A stretch of DNA of 64,000 bases, taken from Macrostomum lignano. Taxonomy: Eukaryota. Below the pieces are notes generated by a model. That model saw only the letters and a program-made list of their open reading frames with translations, was not told the origin of the DNA and searched no databases. The position numbers were made by a program, and so were the translations under genes. The stretch spans positions 1 through 64,000 of the forward strand of contig NIVC01003489.1 in the NCBI GenBank assembly GCA_002269645.1. The letters are read 5' to 3'. The first letter of the stretch is position 1; the number at the start of each line of letters is the position of its first letter. Below, in pieces: positions 51,290-64,000 of this stretch.

Positions 51290-53290
51290 TAGCTGCAGGG
51301 GGCTCCGTGCATCAAAGAGGCGTTGCCGCCCATTTTGCTAACCCCTGGCGACCTTTCTTTTAGTGCTGCGGTGTCACGCAGGGAAGATCCGGTGTGCTGG
51401 TGTCCGCAGCGCGGACCTCCTTCGGAAGAGTCCAGGCGGATGGTCGCTCGAACGGTAGCCCTTGGGTAGCGGACGAGCTGGCAGAGATTCTCGGGCCTGA
51501 AAACGTCGACATTCTCGACATTTTCTCGACAATGGGTATTCCTCACTACGGATTTTTCCTTCAAGGTGGCGATGCCTGGCAAAACAGCCATGACCTAAGA
51601 GGGCCAAAGTCACCGCCCTGATGGCCTTGCGGTTGAGTCCAACCAGGGCCCTGCGCAGGGCGGAGGAAAGACAGGGGACAGCAGCGCAGGATTGTCGGCA
51701 GTCGGGTGCGTTAGCCCATGCACCTCTCCCTGTGCTTTGAAGCCACCCACTGGTTGATCTGAGTGGTGACGCGGCCGATCGAGCCAAAAGAAGCAAAGCC
51801 AAAAAGAAAGTCGAACCAGTCTTGACCAGGCGATCGGCCAACTCGTTACCGGGGTGGCCCGAGTGTCCGGGAATCCACCAAGTAGGAACACCTTGTTAAA
51901 GGCACCAAAGCGATTGAGCTGCCGAATGCAGTCGAAAACTGTACGTGAGCAGGTGGTGGTGCGCTCAAGGGCGTGGATCGCCGCTCGACTGTCCGAGTGG
52001 AGAGTAATCTTCTTTCCCCAGAGGCGCTGGTTGTACAGCTCAATGGAGCAGGAGCTGATGGCGAAAACTTCGTTCTGGAAGACGATGGAGCAGGTGCCGG
52101 TGTGCTGGGAGAAGCTCGACATGGTTCTCCCTTGATCCAGACACGATTCAGTAGCGTACCCAGAGGCGGAGTTGATTTGGAACCCATCATTGAAGCAGTG
52201 GTCAATGATGGAGTGGATTTCATGGGGTTTCCAGTTGTGTTCCTTTGCTTCGAACTGCTTCTGGAAGGGGACACCCGTGTCAAACAGACGGCGGGTGGCC
52301 TTCATTGCCTCCCCTCTGACAAAGAGGTCAAGGGGGAAGTCCAGGAAAGAGAGCCAGCAAAAGGCGTAGAGGGGGCCTCGCTCATGATGGCTCGACAAGC
52401 GCAGCCTTGCACCCTGTTAAGAGCTTCAAGAATCCCTTTCACCTCTAGGGCACTGGTCCAGATGAGTCCGACGAAGGAGATGGCGCCCGTCACACGATGG
52501 CAGTGTAAATCCACCAGAGGCGGCTGGGGGTGAGGCCTCAGGTAGCGCCGAAAACTCTGCGAATCTGCGCAAGAGTCGCGAGAGCTTTGCAGGCTTTGGT
52601 TTGGACGTGTGGGGTCCAGCTCAAATTGTGGTCGAAGGTGGCACTTATAGACATCTGGTTTGTTTCTCATGGCAACGGGTCTGCCAAAGAGGGAGAGCGG
52701 TTCGATCCTCCAGTCGGCGGCTGGTGAGCATGATAGCCACGGTTTTAGACTCAGAGAACCTGAGACCGCAGCTGTGTGCTCAGCGCTCGGCATGGTGAAT
52801 GAAGGCTTGGAGGAGTTTCTGAGGACCGCGGATGATGATCCAGCCATAGTGGCCGTAAAATCGTCCGCATTGCCGACCTTTTGAACTGGGTCCGGATGTA
52901 GACTGCAGAGCAGCTCGTCCAAGACCAAGTTTCAGAGGACTCCACCTTGCGGTCCGCCTTTTCTGGACCTCTACAGAGCGGGAGTGTCCCAGGAGGTACG
53001 AGGTGGCAGTCCGATGGGAGACCATGTACATGATCAAGCGAGTATGGTGCATGCTCGTGCGTGCCCTGGGATACCAGGGCACGCCTAAAGGCTTTAAAGA
53101 GCACATTATATTGAAAGTGTACCATCAATGTCGAGGAAAAGCGAGAGCGCCTATCCACCGCCAAGCACGGCGCGTTTGTCGACAATGGCGTCCAGGACGA
53201 AAGGCGTGTTGGTTGGGGGGAGAGCGCGCGGGGAGTCCCTGACCGAAGTATATGTAATTTCGGCGAAAAACCCGGCAAAAAGGCAACTTA
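51290..53290 (-). mobile_element. Degraded 5'-truncated non-LTR retrotransposon with RT and RNase H; ends approximate
   Basis: SLFLDI, PQGGVL, VGNADD (YADD position), [41 protein letters not shown]; many frameshifts. Confidence 0.88.
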
Positions 53291-54575
53291 ATCACCAATC
53301 AGGCAATCAATCACTTATTTGATCTTTTTGCAACTAAACAGAACTAAAAAACATGTTAACCTACAGCCTCGAGAAAGAAATATGCATAAAAATCTCAAAA
53401 TTTAGAGGCAAAATGCTTTTGTAAAATGTATACTTTTGTTATACTTTTGAGATAATTTTAAATGCTAACGTGACCCATGTGGGCGCGAAGGCCCGTCCGT
53501 AGTTAATTGAACGTAAATCCGAGATTATAGAATGATACAATGTGTATGCTCGCTCGATTCGATAAATAATAAAGATAATTGATAAAGTTTATAGACTATG
53601 CATAATAGAACTACCTGTACTAGGGGTACACCAAAATGTAATATTACTCTTTACTTTAGCATTGTGATTAGCCTAGGCTAGACATAATGTAATATGTTAT
53701 ATGTAATGTAATTATTGTAAAGTAATGTAAATTTTAATCGGTAATAAAAAATATTTAATTTAAGTTAGGCCTAATTTAAATTTTAATGGCAATAATACAT
53801 TCTGTAACTCATAACTCATGACGATTGAATAAGGAGTATGTCCTAATAAATAATAATATCACTTTTACTTTAGTCTTGGATCAAATTTTACCTCTTTTAG
53901 GAGTAGGCCCTAGGCTTGGCTGAGAGCAATCATGTAACTAGGCCCTAGGCTACTATTCTGTCCAGTAACAAATTATGTGTGTGTACTATGTTGCAATACT
54001 TAGGGTAAATCCCTAGGTTGCACCCAAACATGAAAGTACATTGGCAATCCTTAGCCAACCTAGTGGTGAATCTATTTAGTGTAAATTATGATAGAGTGTA
54101 TATTGCAACTTACAGGTGTCACTTTTATGATATTTTATTTTTTATATGTTTTGTGATAAATGTTTTGTTTTGTTTATGTTATATGTTTTGGAATTTTGTG
54201 ATAAATTAAAGACTACTTTTTAGATAAATATTAAAACAAAATTATATTTTTATCCAAAACTAGTTGCAATGCCAATGTAATTTCAGAGGTTGAACATATA
54301 TGCTAACATGCCAGTATATGTTAAGGCCCCTAGGCCCTAGCTTAAAAAGACTAAGTAGTTTAGGTGGTAAATATATTTGTAATATTTGTTTTCTACTTAC
54401 TAATACTAGTTTAACTTTGTAGCAAGCAATAATACAATATTAGTTTGGTATTGTTAACTATTATTGGTATTTATTTAATACTAAGGCTTTAGTAAAATTG
54501 GCCAAGAGTTTTTTGTAATTAATATTTATAGGGTCCTGAATCATTGAAAAACTGTTTATGCTTTATCATGCTTGG

Positions 54576-54731
54576 GCGCAACCTAGGGATTCACCCGGCC
54601 GTTTCTATTGGCAACACACATATGTAAGTCGCTATTGGACGGAATAGTAGTCACGTGACTGCTCTCAGCCAATAGCGACTTACATGTGTGTGTTGCCAAT
54701 AGAAATGGCCAGGTAAATCCCTAGGTTGCGC
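54576..54731. repeat. 156-bp near-perfect palindrome (MITE-like) centred near agtcacgtgact
   Basis: Arms gcgcaacctagggattcacc...gtaagtcgctattgg / ccaatagcgacttac...ggtaaatccctaggttgcgc. Confidence 0.85.
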
Positions 54732-56242
54732 ATATATGTGCTTTATGGATATTATGTGCAACTTTTAAAATTATACTAACCATACTATTTTCATAGTTTT
54801 AAGAAAAATTACAAGTTTTATATAATTGATAGTCCTATGTTTTAGTTTTAAGACTAGAATCTTGGAAACTCAAAATCAACAAATTTAACATTAGATAATT
54901 TTTACAATGACACATTTTGGTCTGCTTATACCATTTTTAAGCAGTTTATTGACTGAGTTACAAAAATGAAAATGATACAATAATATAAATTAAACAATTA
55001 GGTAGGTTCTAGGTAAAAAAATTGAATAAAAATAAAAGTATAGGCCTTATTACATTACAAAAATTAGAATATGGTTTTATCATATAAACATAATAACAGG
55101 AAAGAAAATGTGAAAGATTATCATATATATTCAGTTTGTTTGCAAGAGACAAGGTACAAAATTGCACCCCAATTTCAATATTCAATTTTAAGGCTTAAAG
55201 TGCAGTTTCTCTTATTAAATTAGGCTTAAGCCTAAAAAATAGGTTATGAGACTAAGACTACACCTAAACTACACTCACAAGATACCAAGCATAAAATCAT
55301 GGTTTTAATGGGAATGCAGACCAAAATAATGCATTGCTATAGAAAATTAATATTAATTTTAAGCTTCTTGTTCCCTTTAATACTTAAGCAAATTTAAGTC
55401 TTAGATTTTTATAATACACTTTTAAAAAGACTAAGTTTTGAATTTGTTCTAAAAATGTCAAAACTAGATTTTGTGACCTCTCTTAGTCTGCCATAATTTC
55501 CATATACTAAAAATGAAAATCTTGCTTGTACGCAATTGATTATCTCCTGAATGGCTAAACCAATTTTCATGAGACTTATGCCATCTAAATTGGCTGGGTT
55601 GGCTAGTAGTTTTATAATTTAACCATAAATTATATGGGTAAAGCCGCAAATATACATAAGGTAAAATTGCTTCTCTTAGGTCTTGATTTTTCCTATATAC
55701 AAAAATAGTTTGTCAGTATCTATCTAGATAAGTATCTATATAATTGATTTAAGAAAAAAATGGCTCAATCAATTTTTTTAAACTTTCACCATTAAAATCT
55801 GTTTTTTCTAATAATACATGTACATTGGCTAAAAAATTGTTCATTCTCCCCCAGTAAAAACTAATGTAATTTTGAGTAAATGGCAGGAATAACTATAATT
55901 GTATTATTTAGGCTAAATGCCTTGTCAGCTATATCAGTACCCTGTGCTACAATTACCACTTTTTTCAGGTGGGCATTTTTGCAACTTTCTGCATGTATTA
56001 GAAATGGATCTAACCCCAATCCACTATTTTTAAAATCCCTGGATCCCAACAAAAATTAGAATCTTAATTCCTGAAATGTCCAGCCAGCTAAGGCAAAGTG
56101 TAGCCAGAATAGCCTTCTTAGGTTTTTTATTTAGTTTTCAGTGAATTGAGATTTTTATTGCAAAATGTGTAGGGCACTACTGCAAGTAGCTGGATGTGCA
56201 AATTATCCCGCAGCAATCGAGAGGCATGCCACTCGCTACCAA

Positions 56243-56554
56243 ATGACCGATGAGCCATTCGAGCGGCAGGCCGCCGAGTCCCGGCCTCGGCCTCGAAATC
56301 TCAGCGTAGCCTCCGCCTCGTCATCCGCGTCCTCGGCAGCCACCAGCGGCCAGGAGGCCCTCCGGCGGTGCCTGCAGCGCGCCGGCCTGTCCGACTGCGC
56401 CGGCCTGTTTCCGGCCGAGTTCTCGCTGTCGCAGTTCCGCCAGCTCACTGCCGACCGGCTGCGCATCGAACTGGGCGTGACCGACCAGCGGCTTCGGTCC
56501 CGAATTCTCTGCGCCGTGCGCCGGGCCCGCTGCGCCGATGAGTCCGACAGAGAG
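56243..56554 (+). CDS. Coding exon with an N-terminal SAM domain (rest of the gene unresolved)
   Basis: LRRCLQRAGLSDCAGLF...LTADRLRIELGVTDQRLRSRIL fits the SAM consensus; phase-0 donor gag|gtgcgc. Confidence 0.7.
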
Positions 56555-57595
56555 GTGCGCTGGGCTGGGTTGGGCCGCTGTGCCCGCCGTGGCACGCGGT
56601 TTTGCTTATGGGATTGCTGCTTTGTCTCCGCATCTGCTTTGTCTGTCTGTCTCAGTGTCTGTCTGTCAGTCCGTCTGTCTATCTGTTTGTCTGTCTGTCT
56701 AATGACTTCCTTGTCTGTCTGTTTGCCTGTTAATTTGAGGCCAATTAAAATGTGATCACACATTCACACGGCTTGTATTCACATATTTGCTAAAGTATTA
56801 TGTGCCAAAAAATCAAAGCCTGTTATCCTACTCAATAAGTAGTACCGCGCGCATATATATTTGCACAGGCATATCGCATTGAAACCCATGCTCCAGCGCC
56901 CAGTCAGTTTTGTGTTTTGCACTTCAATTCACTTGTGCGCCATCGCTGCAAATTCCAGCCACTTCAATTTGCAGAAGCTGCCAAATCCTTCCGTTGTCAC
57001 GTGACTGTTTTGATTCTATTTTTAGCTCAGCTTCTAACTAAAGGAGAATGGAGAGCCTCCGCCGATCTGCCGCTTATCGATTTGAGCCTTGGTGGCCTAT
57101 TGTTAAAATAGCATGAATTGGCAAGCACAGGCTAGAGAAGGATGCGCTTTCTCCCACGTCCTGTAGCTCAGCTCCCGTGTGCGGCCGTGCCATCGCTTTT
57201 TGTAGCTTTGCACTTTAAACGGCTGGGTGAGAGGCTGCAGTTCCGGATTTCTCTCTGCTTCAGTCTTCATCATATTGACCGTCTTCACCTGGCTCTTGAG
57301 CTTTGATGCTTTTTAACTAGGTGTACTTTGTTCGAGCTCTGCAGATTTGTCCGCCCCAAGCTGACTGCGTGCCATTTCAGGAACCGAATGTACTTTTTTG
57401 AAACTGTGTCATTTATAGGAGCCAAGTGTGTCATTTCTAGAAACTGTTATGTTAAATTTATAGGAATTTGTTGACTGCATTTCTAACGGGTGTGTGAGGT
57501 TTCTATGAACTGCCGGACTGACTGGGCCATTTTCAGTGCTGGGTTTGTCATTTCTAAGTACTGACTGCCGTTTCTAGGAAACTGACTGTCGTTTT

Positions 57596-57745
57596 TAGGA
57601 AACTCACTGCCATTTCTAGGAAACTCACTGCCATTTCTAGGAAACTCACTGCCATTTCTAGGAAACTCACTGCCATTTCTAGGAAACTCACTGCCATTTC
57701 TAGGAAACTCACTGCCATTTCTAGGAAACTCACTGCCATTTCTAG
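57596..57745. repeat. 21-bp minisatellite (ctaggaaactcactgccattt) x~7
   Basis: Directly visible. Confidence 0.92.
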
Positions 57746-58371
57746 GAAATGACTACCAAATCTAGGGACTGACTTTGAGTTCCAACTTTCTGTTTTGTTC
57801 CTTTCCCAGTCTCATACCCCTTTGCCTTATTCCCAAAGTCGCATCCCATCTTACCCCAGAGCTCGCTCCGGTGTAGCAAAGCCCTGTCATTGTCGTTCAG
57901 TTGAGGCGGTTCTCTTCAAAATTTTCGCTACACAATAAATTAGCTAAACAAGCAGACTAGGGGGGATGTTTTCCTCTCCGACAAAGCAGAGCGACTGTCA
58001 GCAAAGATGCTGAAAAAGCCAACCTTGATACTTGGATACAAGGCTTCTATAGGCAGTTTTCGAAAGCCTAAAGGGAAAGGCGGCAGGTGGAATGAAAAAA
58101 AGCAGACTTTGCTGCTTCCGCGGGAGCGGCATACAAGAGAAGGGCTTCCCAGGAGTGCCTTCTCTGAGCTTTGTGAATCTTTTTTTTGAGATTCGAGTTT
58201 TCTAAGAAACGGGTTGGATGGGGAGAAATCAGGGATTCTAACTGCTAAACTGCTCAGGCTCAAGTCACTGGCGAGCTTCCCAGAATCCTGACAGAGTCGG
58301 TCGCAACTTGCTGCATCAATTCGGTCTGAAAAAATACTGCAAAAGTAAATTTATGTGACCAGTTGTCGGTG

Positions 58372-58590
58372 TTTGTGACAGGAGTGTCGATGTGGGTGAC
58401 AGGAGTGTCGATGTGGGTGACAGGAGTGTCGATGTGGGTGACAGGAGTGTCGATGTGGGTGACAGGAGTGCCGATGTAGTTGACAGGAATACCGATGTGG
58501 ATGACAGGAGTGCCGATGTAGTTGACAGGAATACCGATGTGGATGACAGGAGTGCCGATGTAGTTGACAGGAATACCGATGTGGATGACG
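58372..58590. repeat. 21-bp minisatellite (gtgacaggagtgtcgatgtgg) with a 42-bp dimer variant
   Basis: Directly visible. Confidence 0.92.
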
Positions 58591-60980
58591 GGAGGATCTA
58601 AGGGGACGGAGTGCTGAGGGTGACGGGGGACCGATGTGGGTGACAGGTTCCGGATCTGTTTCAAGTCTCCTAAAACTAATACGTGAAGTCGTGAGCACAG
58701 TCATGGCACACTCCATTAAAAATTGCAGCTGGAATGCAATAATTCCTTATACATTTTTATAGCACAGAGATATGACAGTCAATCAGGCCAGACTTATTAT
58801 CATATATCTCTTGAAACGCCCGCGTCTTTAGCTCAACATCGCAGCCACTAATCATGCAAATGAGCACGCATCGCCTGTTGCTATGCTCCATCTTGCCATC
58901 TGCTTCTAGTAGACGGACGGGTCTGTTTGCTTCTCTCCACCCAGTATGTATTATCTAGTGTGAACTCCCTGACAACTGCACAGGGAATAATGCAGGCAGA
59001 TGGCTGCTGCTGTCTTATCTGACTGACTATGCGCTGATAATAAGAGAGTAAGAGAAGCTGACTCAAATCTGTGCTGAAAGCTGAAAACAGAGTTGTTGAG
59101 CTAATGAGAGTCAGCCGCTTCATTAGCGAGCAGGCATTCCCATCTTGCTCAAGCGCAGTAACTCTGCGTTTTCGCCGATTGTTCCATTCCATGCCTAAAG
59201 TGCAGGGCCGCCTGCTGCCGCAGACTGAAGTCTCATATTCGCGTCCTGTCTGTCTAAAACGAACAAGGCAGTAAAGTCTTATTCTGCTGCGATTCTCCAC
59301 CTGCTTTTTTGAGCCTCCTCCCTTTGATCTGCGCTTCGAGCAGCTCTTTATGCATTGGTGTGGCTCGTCTCCGCTCCACGAGTTCGGCAAAGGCCTCTTC
59401 TGCGAGCTCCTGCCGGCTGTGCCGAATACCTTTGTGCGGCTTGTGATGAAGACGAAATCGCTTCATTTTTTATCTGGGATTCTCAGGCTGGGCCAGGTTC
59501 AGAAAGTTTTAATTGTGTTAATTAGCTTCACAGATCTTCAGTAGGATTCTTTAGATTCTGATTTGAAGATACCTGGTAAGATCTCGGGCACAGTAATTAG
59601 TAATCAAAATTGAGACTCAGAATCAGGGATCTTATCCATGACTCCGAATCAGGGATCTTGGGACTCGTAATTGAAACCTGGGATCTTAGCTAGTATCTCT
59701 AACACTCGGATGTCTGCGGACTTAGGATCTGGTACTCTGAGTCGGATATCTGGGACTCAGAAGGGGGATTCTGGCTCTTCGAATCCGATATTTGGCGTAA
59801 TTATCGGCTAGGGATTTTCATAGAAATCAGACTGACATAGTTGCTATGGAATTAAGTGTAGATTATGAACTCATAATCCGGGATCGACATTTGGAATCCC
59901 AAATAGTCTGTTATTACGAGCTTCGTATCCTTGATTTGTGTTATGCGCGCCTAATAAATGCCCACCCGCCTGTACTGTTCGGGATGAGTGGCCGAGCGGG
60001 TCCAATAACTAAGGATATGCATGTCGTTGTGGACTGAAGGGGAATTGGGGAGGTGTGCAGTGAATTACGGCCAGGCCTCTGCTCAGCAATCAGTGGCTGC
60101 CTTACCAGGGCTGGTAAATAATAAATCTGTCTACTCTGCTTTCAAAGCGATTCACTTTCTACTTGGCATCGCTGCCGTACTCAGCTTGAGTAGTGCTCAT
60201 ATAGCTCGTAGCTCATTTGTCTCTTGCCAGCTCGTGTGCCGAATCGCGCTGGAAGAGTGGAAGGCACCGGCGCACGCAGAAGGGCGCTGGGGAGTAGCGG
60301 GCCTGAGTGGCCTAGTCAGCTAGAGTGGGATGAGTCCCCAGTTTTTTTGTCGCCCGCTCTGATGAAGCCTCGGCTCTATGGGAAGGTGAGAGCCGGAGGC
60401 TGAGGAGGGAAGAGGATAGGAGAATATGAGGCGAAGATGCCAGGTCTACTAAGGTAGCGGGCAGGCGAGGAGGATGGGAAGAGAGAAAGAAAATGGACAT
60501 CTGCCTGCTTCCTCCCTACTTGCTCTTCGTCTTCCTTTGGCTTCTGTTAAAGCGATGCGGGAGGGGCACGGATGATGAGGCTTAAGGAGGAGGCGCGGAT
60601 GAAGGAGCCGGGATGCTGGCCCGGTTGGAGACGGCGCCCGCGGCCTATCGGCTCCTCCAATCCTCTTTATTATTTTTTGGCGAGCCCCTGTGGCTGCTCC
60701 CGCTCTGCCCTCCCTTCCCGGCTGCCCGCCCCCCTCCTTCGCAGCTACTACTTCTTCGGCTGCCTTGAAGAATTGGTGCGCAGCCATTCTTGAGTTCTTC
60801 CCGTTTCCTCCCGCCCTTCTCTGCTGCTCGCATCTCCCCCGTGGTCCCCTGCGACCTCCCTAACTACTTTGTATAAAAATAGATAGAGAGATAAGCATCG
60901 CCGGGCATTTCCCTGCGCCTCCAAAGAGTTGATCTGCTGATACCCGGAGCTGTGGCCGCTCTCCGAGCCTAACGCTGCAG

Positions 60981-61316
60981 TCAGTTTTCTATCGAGTGGC
61001 TCAACAGTGGAGCCGATCAGAGATCGCAGCAGCCGCTGCCGCAGCGACGGAGTCTGGCTTCTCCACTAGCCGACTTCGCGTTGGCATTGGCACGGCGGTG
61101 GCGTCGGAGGCCGCGGTGGCGGAGTCGGAGGCAGCAGCGGCGGCGGCGGCCTGTTGTCGGTGTCGGGACATGCGCGCAGCTGCAGTTGCAGCAGCAGCGC
61201 CGTCTGTCGATCCCCGGCATCCGCATCACCCCCTGCGCCGCCGGCCGCGCTCGGCCGAATTCTCGTCCGGCTTCCTGTCGCCTGGCAGCATTCTGGACCT
61301 GCGGCAGCGGCGGCGG
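60981..61316 (+). CDS. Candidate Ala-rich coding exon of unknown function
   Basis: GC-rich open frame ending RRRPRSAEFSSGFLSPGSILDLRQRRR with donor cgg|gtgagg; possible acceptor ctgcag at 60980. Confidence 0.35.
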
Positions 61317-64000
61317 GTGAGGCTGGGCATTGGCGAATGAAGCCGCTGTGTGCGGACTGCCAATATGACCGTTGTGGGTTACGGAATATAGTGGATTGCT
61401 AATCTAGTCAACATGGAGAAAGGATAAAATGTAATCGTTGAATTTCTAGTCAACAATATGCGTGAAAGCCTGCTCTGTTTGCTTTTTTCTGCTCTCTCCA
61501 AGCTCAAACTCCAGGTTCCCAATCACTTCTGATGCACTTTAGCAATTCCTGCATCAACACCGGCGAATGTAACTCCATGCAGTCATCTCAGTCAGAATGA
61601 AGCTGGAATCTCTGCCGGAGTCTCTCGGCTCCTGTGCCGTCGGCTACAACAGGGTGTTAATGCGCTGGGCTGTCGCATTACCGGCCTAATTAATTTGAAC
61701 GAGCCGCTTTGGGAATCTGTGGGAGCGCTAGGGATTGAGTGCGGATGAGCGGGTCCCACTGGAGCCTGTTGAGTCCCTATGGAATGAGGAAGCTAGCGAG
61801 GCCCAGCAGGGTTCTCGAGAGATGCCCAATTTTAGAGTAGCGGCTGGAATGAAATTTCTCAGGCTCTAATCGGCTCCGACTGCTCAGTTAAGCAATCATT
61901 TTTGGCGATGAAATTAATGATGCGCGAAAGCGTTCTTCGTCTTTGGCCCTGTTCTGCTCAGCTGTGACTTCGTCTCAGTTGTCTGTCTGTCTCAGTTTGT
62001 TCCTCAGTCTGCTTTGAGTCGCTTATTATCGTTCTTTGAGTCGTCTTTCGGCTAAAACTGCTCGTCTCTAGCGTTCGAAAAATGCGTTCCGTTTTGCATC
62101 TGATCCCATGGTCGATCTGCTTGATGGTTAAAGCTGCTCCAAATCAATGCGACAGTCGACCTGCAGCCAGCGAAGAGGCACATGCGTACACAGGCACTCA
62201 CAGTGTACAGCAGCCCTAATTTTCTACCTAAGCTAGCAATGAGCAACCCTGCCCCACCCCTATCCATCCCCGACTCTGAGTAGTGAAACAGTTTGACTTC
62301 TCGCCGACTTGTATGAGTTCGATTCTCCGCTCGCGTGCTCGGCCGCATTAAATTGGGTTCGAGCGCAGAACTGCCCGAGCTGGTCGCAAGTTCACTATCT
62401 TGACAATGAGAATATTGGGCGCCGCTGTATGCGATGTGTGCCCAGGCTCGGCATAACTGCATCCTCAGTCACAGCGGGTAAACTGTCTTAATTTTAATGC
62501 GCAGCCTATAAAACTCCGCAACTTAACTCGCTACAATATCCTATCTATCTATTCCGTCTATCGGTCTTATCGTAGCTACTTTTGATCCCCCAGGTCTCCC
62601 AAGCCCGTTTTCACCCAGACCGGAAGCGGGTTCGGCAATGGCATCGAAAATTTTTTGCCAGCATCCCATTTCGCTCGTCTATATTTCTCTCCGTTTTCTT
62701 CCTTTAAGCTTCCGGAATCCCACAGCCTTCAAATATAGTCTCTTCTTAGCCTGAATTTGTAGGGAATTTTATCCCCTCAAAACCGGCGCCTTCAGTTTCG
62801 GGTTGCTCCTGTGCGCATTTCCCGATAAGCAGCCGTGTGACATTGGCAGGCTGTGGCGGCCGGTAGAATGGTGCGCACTTGCGTTTCTGTGCCTCGCGGC
62901 TGTCGGAATTCCCCTGCACTTTTATCTCGGTTTGATGTGAATCAAGCAGTCCGATTTCTCCAGGGACAGGGAGGGACATTGCTGCCCTGCTTGCCGCCTC
63001 AGCGCAGCCACTTCTATATGGCATTTGGAGCTGATTGCGACTTGATTTTTATTTGCCTACAGGCTGGCTCGGCTGGTAGTGTCTCTGTAATGCTGCTCCA
63101 CCAGTCCGCTCTTCTATGCGTATCGGTTATCAGTCTCTCAGTCTCTCAGTCTCAATCAATTTGCTCTTGTATCTCTACTAGGCCGCCTTTTTATCCCAGT
63201 TATATTCTCAATCTCTTATATTTCAACGAATTTGTTGCTAAGTACTACTCTTCAATAGTGTCTCTGCAATCTCAATGAGCCTTCAGCCCAGTCTTGCAGG
63301 TATTCTACAATATCAGCCTGTCATTTCGCCTGTCCAAGCAGTCCGGCCTTGGGAGAAAATTTGACTAGAAAAAGGAAACTCTTGCAGCTTCAGCTGGGCC
63401 ATTTTGGGTGATGAAAAAATTGAGCAGCATATTGACTGACATCGCCTCGGTCGGCGCAGAGAGAGGAGGGAGGCAGGGAGCTTTTATACGTGACTTTCCT
63501 GCGATTCGAACCCGCAATTCCGCCTGCAATTTTGCGCAGAGCCACGCGACTTCTGCCTGTCAGGAGCGGCACAATGAGGGAGGGGCGAGGCAGAAATTTC
63601 TGTTCGACACGACACGAGCTTTCAATTTTGTGTTGTCGAAATGCCTTTGTGTTTCTGCGTCCGCCCGAGGAGGCCGGCTTAATTAATACCCTCTTTTACC
63701 TGCCATGGCTAGTTTTTGTTTTCGCCGCCGCCCTCGCTTTGCGGCTGCTCGGTTGTGAGGCCTCAGAATCCTAATAATACTCTGTGACTTAGAGGAACGC
63801 CTTGAGCAGTATTCGAGAATCTTCCTGTTTGAAATCATTTCCTAGTAGAACGGCAGTTTTGTTTGTTTTGCTTGCTGTTAGGTTGAAAAGGTTGAATGGC
63901 GAAAATCATTAGGTAGTTTCAGTCGGGTAGAATACTCGAGGGTGGGATTCTTGTGAGTTGGATAGTTTTAGTTGGGTAGGATAAGTGAGATTTTTGTGAG

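Larger units (their letters stand above)
57150..59470 (-). pseudogene. Scattered pogo/CENP-B-like transposase remnants (57150-57330, 58900-59470)
   Basis: FKVQSYKKRWHGRTRELSYRT and QLLLLSYYQRIVSQIRQQ weakly resemble the pogo HTH-DDE linker; stops present. Confidence 0.25.

Noticed and set aside
60358-60410. CTGATGA followed by a strong hairpin, as a hammerhead
   Set aside because: The hairpin is followed by GAGG, not GAAA, and there is no stem III or cleavage triplet.
61400-64000. Assorted short ORFs at the window end
   Set aside because: No coding signature or known motif; probably intronic or intergenic.

Overview
Eukaryotic (invertebrate animal) genomic DNA with GT-AG introns and many mini/microsatellites. 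The style resembles a free-living flatworm such as Macrostomum, but that is unverified inference. Host genes: a partial LamG-like gene (30-953, +); a ~25-ankyrin-repeat protein fused to a Mab-21/cGAS-like nucleotidyltransferase (ANK-cGLR, 4556-9160, +); a 4-exon Hairy/E(spl) bHLH-Orange-WRPW gene (16137-11679, -); a profilin-like gene with an N-terminal extension (19072-17437, -); a secreted PAN/Apple + C-type lectin gene (47327-48064, +); and a SAM-domain exon (56243-56554, +). The 21-46 kb region is a transposon nest. A Crypton-type tyrosine recombinase (YR) gene with all recognisable catalytic motifs (+) and a deleted Crypton (-) bracket an RPA70-like gene and four divergent Helitron-type modules. 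Each module carries an OTU protease region, and none retains the HUH Rep domain. A mariner, a LINE fragment and a MITE are nested inside. The 8-mer CCATAGAC/GTCTATGG is strongly enriched around the YR gene and forms a 16-bp palindrome near the Helitron 5' ends, which suggests (hypothesis only) a YR-site-linked Crypton/Helitron system. Scattered single-base frameshifts in otherwise intact ORFs may be assembly errors. No CRISPR array, rRNA or true tRNA gene was found.
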